DNA of 62,691 nt, filler included. It is 6 parts of 6 records of this genome, joined end to end, with 100 filler letters (N's around TTAATTAATTAA, not from the genome) between each part and the next. Parts side by side here need not be neighbours in the genome. Positions count along the whole stretch, not along the records: positions 55,203 to 62,691 come from SRR31156797_46078; 5 more parts are not named here. One strand, written 5' to 3'. The notes beneath the pieces are model-generated. The model was not told where the DNA came from. It did not search any database and saw only the letters and a program-made list of their open reading frames with translations. The position numbers were made by a program, and so were the translations under genes. This document shows positions 59,896-62,691 of the stretch, piece after piece (positions within the stretch are counted from its first letter, which is position 1; each line of letters starts with the position of its first letter).

Positions 59896-60183
59896 TCACG
59901 CATACAGGTCAAGTCCATCATGGTTCTGGGCAGTGCTTTCGCTGTCTGCCTGCTGGAACCGATCAGACTGCCCGTTCCCGGGAGCTCCTCGATTTGCCGA
60001 GTCTTCTGTTGTGGAATCCATTGTCTGGATTCCTGTCCGGAGGACTTTTGACGCAGCCACCTCATTGCTGAGGATAGGGGCCAGGTTAGACTGATCCTGC
60101 TGCCTGTTTGTCTCGGCGGCACGGACCTGTCCCTGTACCTGGGCTGTGTCGGCTGTCCCGATTGCATTCACAAGCCCAATCAT
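59896..60183 (-). CDS. small low-complexity hypothetical protein ending GLDLYA
   Basis: AAGGA RBS; C-terminal LDLYA motif of a type seen in flagellar-associated small proteins. Confidence 0.55.
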   Translation of the reverse strand: MIGLVNAIGTADTAQVQGQVRAAETNRQQDQSNLAPILSNEVAASKVLRTGIQTMDSTTEDSANRGAPGNGQSDRFQQADSESTAQNHDGLDLYA

Positions 60184-60598
60184 TGTCCACATCCTTTACG
60201 GCGAAACCCTGGTTCATCTACCCTGGGCTGTCGTTTCCCGTTCAACGTGGACTGTATCGCCCGTGAAGCGTCGTGCTCTTCTTTCACCCCTCCACCCACT
60301 GACCCGGACTGGGATGGAGAGATCCACCATAAAAATACGATATCAACCGTAGATGCAGCAAATCCGCACCGGTCTACCTCACCCTCCAGGCGGATTATCG
60401 GACCCCAATTCGGCGTCCGATAAGTCAGGTTTCACGAATTGTTTTGCCCGATAACTGCAGTCAGATTTTTTATCTTCCGATATTCCATTGAACGAAAGGC
60501 CCGAAATCGCGATGCGCGCCTTGGAAACAGGTATCGGACCCTGATCGGCAGCATGCGAGTTATCGGTACTCTCGAGGCTTTTGAAAGGGTAACAACTG

Positions 60599-62691
60599 AT
60601 GAGCCGCAACGGTATCCGACTGGATCGAAATCCGTTTTCGACGCCTGACCAGAACATGACCACTGGATCCATGCCATCCCGGCAGACTCTTCTGGATTCG
60701 ATTGTAAAATCCATTCAGAAAGGTGACCCGGTCATCGCAATTTCTGCGATGCGGGGCATGGGCAGGACGACGGTCTGCCATTCTCTGATCCAGCATGAGA
60801 ACCTGCGGAACCGAAATGCATATTACATCGATGCCCAGGCTGCACGTGAGCATGTTTTGCATCACATATGCTCTCTGCTCGGAATCCCATTTGATCGAAC
60901 CATCTCCATCACCGAACTGGTCGCTCAGCTTCGCATGAAACTGGAGTCGGACACCAGTCGGAAAGGACGCAATGCAACGGTCATCATAGTAGATGGTGTC
61001 GAATGGCTGGATCGTCAGTCAGTTCACGAACTGTCAACTCTGGCACGTCTGCGTCTGAAGGGAAACACCGCGATTCATCTGGTTCTTACGGGAAGCCCGG
61101 ATGTTTCATCGGTTCTCCGCCAGACGGATGACGGGAAAAAGCTGAATGACAGAATCAGGACTTCACTCACACTACCTGCGATGCGAGAAGATGACATCAT
61201 CACCCTTCTGCAGGAAACAATCCAGGCGACTTCCGGAAATCCAGAGGACCTGTTTACGCCAGAAGCATTGAAAACGATTGCCCGAAAGAGCAAAGGGGCT
61301 GCAGGAACCGCATTCAAAATTGCTGGAGCTGCATACGATCTGGCAGTACAGGCAGGCGTACATCAGTTGTCTGAGACCATGGTCAGTCAGATCGACCCAA
61401 ACCGGATGTTCTCGCACGTATTTCCAGAATCCTCTACACAGAAGACCGCTTCTGAAACGAAACCCGTTTCTGCGAAAGATGAACAACCCATTGCTGATGT
61501 AGTGGTCCCCGGTAGAAACGAAGCAGGATATCCCGAATTCGGAGAGAATGAAATGGTGGACGGAACTCCTGTCGCCATGGAGATCAGCCAGGAAATGCTG
61601 TCACAGAATACTGAAGATGAAAACGCTGTCAGCGATTCCAGGGCAGTTCTTGAAGAAATGCTCGTGAAGGTGTCAAACGCAACCGAAAACGCCAGTCGAA
61701 AAATCAAAGAGTTCGAAGAACGGCTCAACATGATCGCTAGCCAGTCTATGTCTGGTGTTGAACTGGCAGCGAAGCATCTCGATCGCAGAACGGAAGACAT
61801 CAAGACGCACATAGCCAAAGCCGAAGAAATGTGCGAAATAGCCGGACAGGCTGAAAACGCAATCACGAAACTCTCCCAGGAAGAGTTGGGCAAACAGATC
61901 GATCTTGTCGAACGAGCCATCGATGCAAAGGTCGGATCTGTAAATAACAGGTTTGAACACCAGATCGACAAGGCAGGAGAGATGCTTCAGACTCTCCAGC
62001 AGACTGTCGACGGCGTGGAATCCAGATGGTCAGAGCTACAGCAGGGTCTCTCCCAGTTCGATTCAATCCAACAACAGGCTGAGACCTCAATCGAGGAAAT
62101 CCTCAGCAGTGTTCGTGAAGACCTGGACCAGCAGCGATCCTCCACCGTTGCTCTGACAGATGAGCAGATCAACCGCGTGATCGAAGAGGCTTCCGCTACA
62201 GCCAGCTCCGTTGCTGAAGATGTACGATCTTCCGTTCAGCAGCAGCTATCAGAGCTGCTGGAAACGATCGAGAATCTCAAGGCAGATGGGGATTCACTGA
62301 TCAGCAAACTGCCTGACACCCTGGAAAATCAGAGAAAAACGGTTGTCGAGAAGGTAGAACAGGTCACAAACGAACTGCTTGAGCACGCAGTGGATGAAAC
62401 CAATTCACTGAAAAATGAACTCGTTTCATACAGGGAAGATATTCATACTTCGATCGAATCTGCCGAACAGAGTGTTTCGAAAATTGCAGACTCACTGGAA
62501 GGCCAGATCACAGATCAGTACCGCTCAATGACCTCCGATCTGGAAAAGAAGATTCTGCACGCCCGCGACCAGGTCGCCCAGACCATTGCAAACTCAACCC
62601 GGGTAGCGGAAAAAACACGTGACCTGCTCGAACAGTCACGTCAGGAGATCGAAGATCGCCATTCCAATATCGTGGGAACCATTGAGGAAGA
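60599..62691 (+). CDS. ExeA/GspA-like AAA domain plus long coiled-coil protein (3' truncated; not in ORF track)
   Basis: manual translation MSRNGIRLDRNPFSTPD...IAISAMRGMGRTT...VIIVDGVEWL...LVLTGSP; frame appears open to the window end. Confidence 0.8.
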   Translation, partial: MSRNGIRLDRNPFSTPDQNMTTGSMPSRQTLLDSIVKSIQKGDPVIAISAMRGMGRTTVCHSLIQHENLRNRNAYYIDAQAAREHVLHHICSLLGIPFDRTISITELVAQLRMKLESDTSRKGRNATVIIVDGVEWLDRQSVHELSTLARLRLKGNTAIHLVLTGSPDVSSVLRQTDDGKKLNDRIRTSLTLPAMREDDIITLLQETIQATSGNPEDLFTPEALKTIARKSKGAAGTAFKIAGAAYDLAVQAGVHQLSETMVSQIDPNRMFSHVFPESSTQKTASETKPVSAKDEQPIADVVVPGRNEAGYPEFGENEMVDGTPVAMEISQEMLSQNTEDENAVSDSRAVLEEMLVKVSNATENASRKIKEFEERLNMIASQSMSGVELAAKHLDRRTEDIKTHIAKAEEMCEIAGQAENAITKLSQEELGKQIDLVERAIDAKVGSVNNRFEHQIDKAGEMLQTLQQTVDGVESRWSELQQGLSQFDSIQQQAETSIEEILSSVREDLDQQRSSTVALTDEQINRVIEEASATASSVAEDVRSSVQQQLSELLETIENLKADGDSLISKLPDTLENQRKTVVEKVEQVTNELLEHAVDETNSLKNELVSYREDIHTSIESAEQSVSKIADSLEGQITDQYRSMTSDLEKKILHARDQVAQTIANSTRVAEKTRDLLEQSRQEIEDRHSNIVGTIEE

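Overview
The window is an artificial concatenation of six contigs joined by N-runs carrying a TTAATTAATTAA linker, so adjacency across gaps means nothing. Taxonomic labels are inferred from gene content and composition. (1) 1-16884, Desulfobacterota-like: a TetR-controlled catabolic operon encoding an acetophenone-carboxylase-like (ApcABCD) ATP-dependent carboxylase, a URO-D-fold protein, a CoA ligase, a DUF35/thiolase pair, a VOC protein and a DUF5522 protein, followed by a FadR-controlled ferredoxin/AprA-like flavoprotein/DctP unit. (2) 16986-25712, Desulfobacterota-like: a mycofactocin RiPP locus. It contains an mftA precursor ending IDGICGVY that the ORF track misses, mftB, mftC, two OYE flavoproteins, an AmiS/UreI channel, an Mdo/Mno-type nicotinoprotein alcohol dehydrogenase and an ErcA-like Fe-ADH plus PAS sensor, with three sigma-54 promoter motifs. 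(3) 25813-35154, Desulfovibrionaceae-like: BON, ArnT, PAP2, Maf, a cysteine synthase fused to a degenerate CysRS, and a low-GC PD-(D/E)XK gene. (4) 35255-49156, Bacteroidota: Lhr-type helicase, AI-2E/YtxH cluster, TPR-LuxR regulator, large T9SS protein and a lipoprotein. (5) 49257-55102, Desulfobacterota-like: a decayed MazF toxin-antitoxin pair, a decayed carboxylesterase, and a wHTH-TM-TolB-TPR protein flanked by three copies of a 22-bp palindrome. (6) 55203-62691, Planctomycetota-like: NAGPA-family protein, rpe, accD, a degenerate amidase and an ExeA-like pseudo-ATPase/coiled-coil protein running off the end. No rRNA, tRNA or CRISPR array was recognised. All family assignments come from motif recognition, not database searches.
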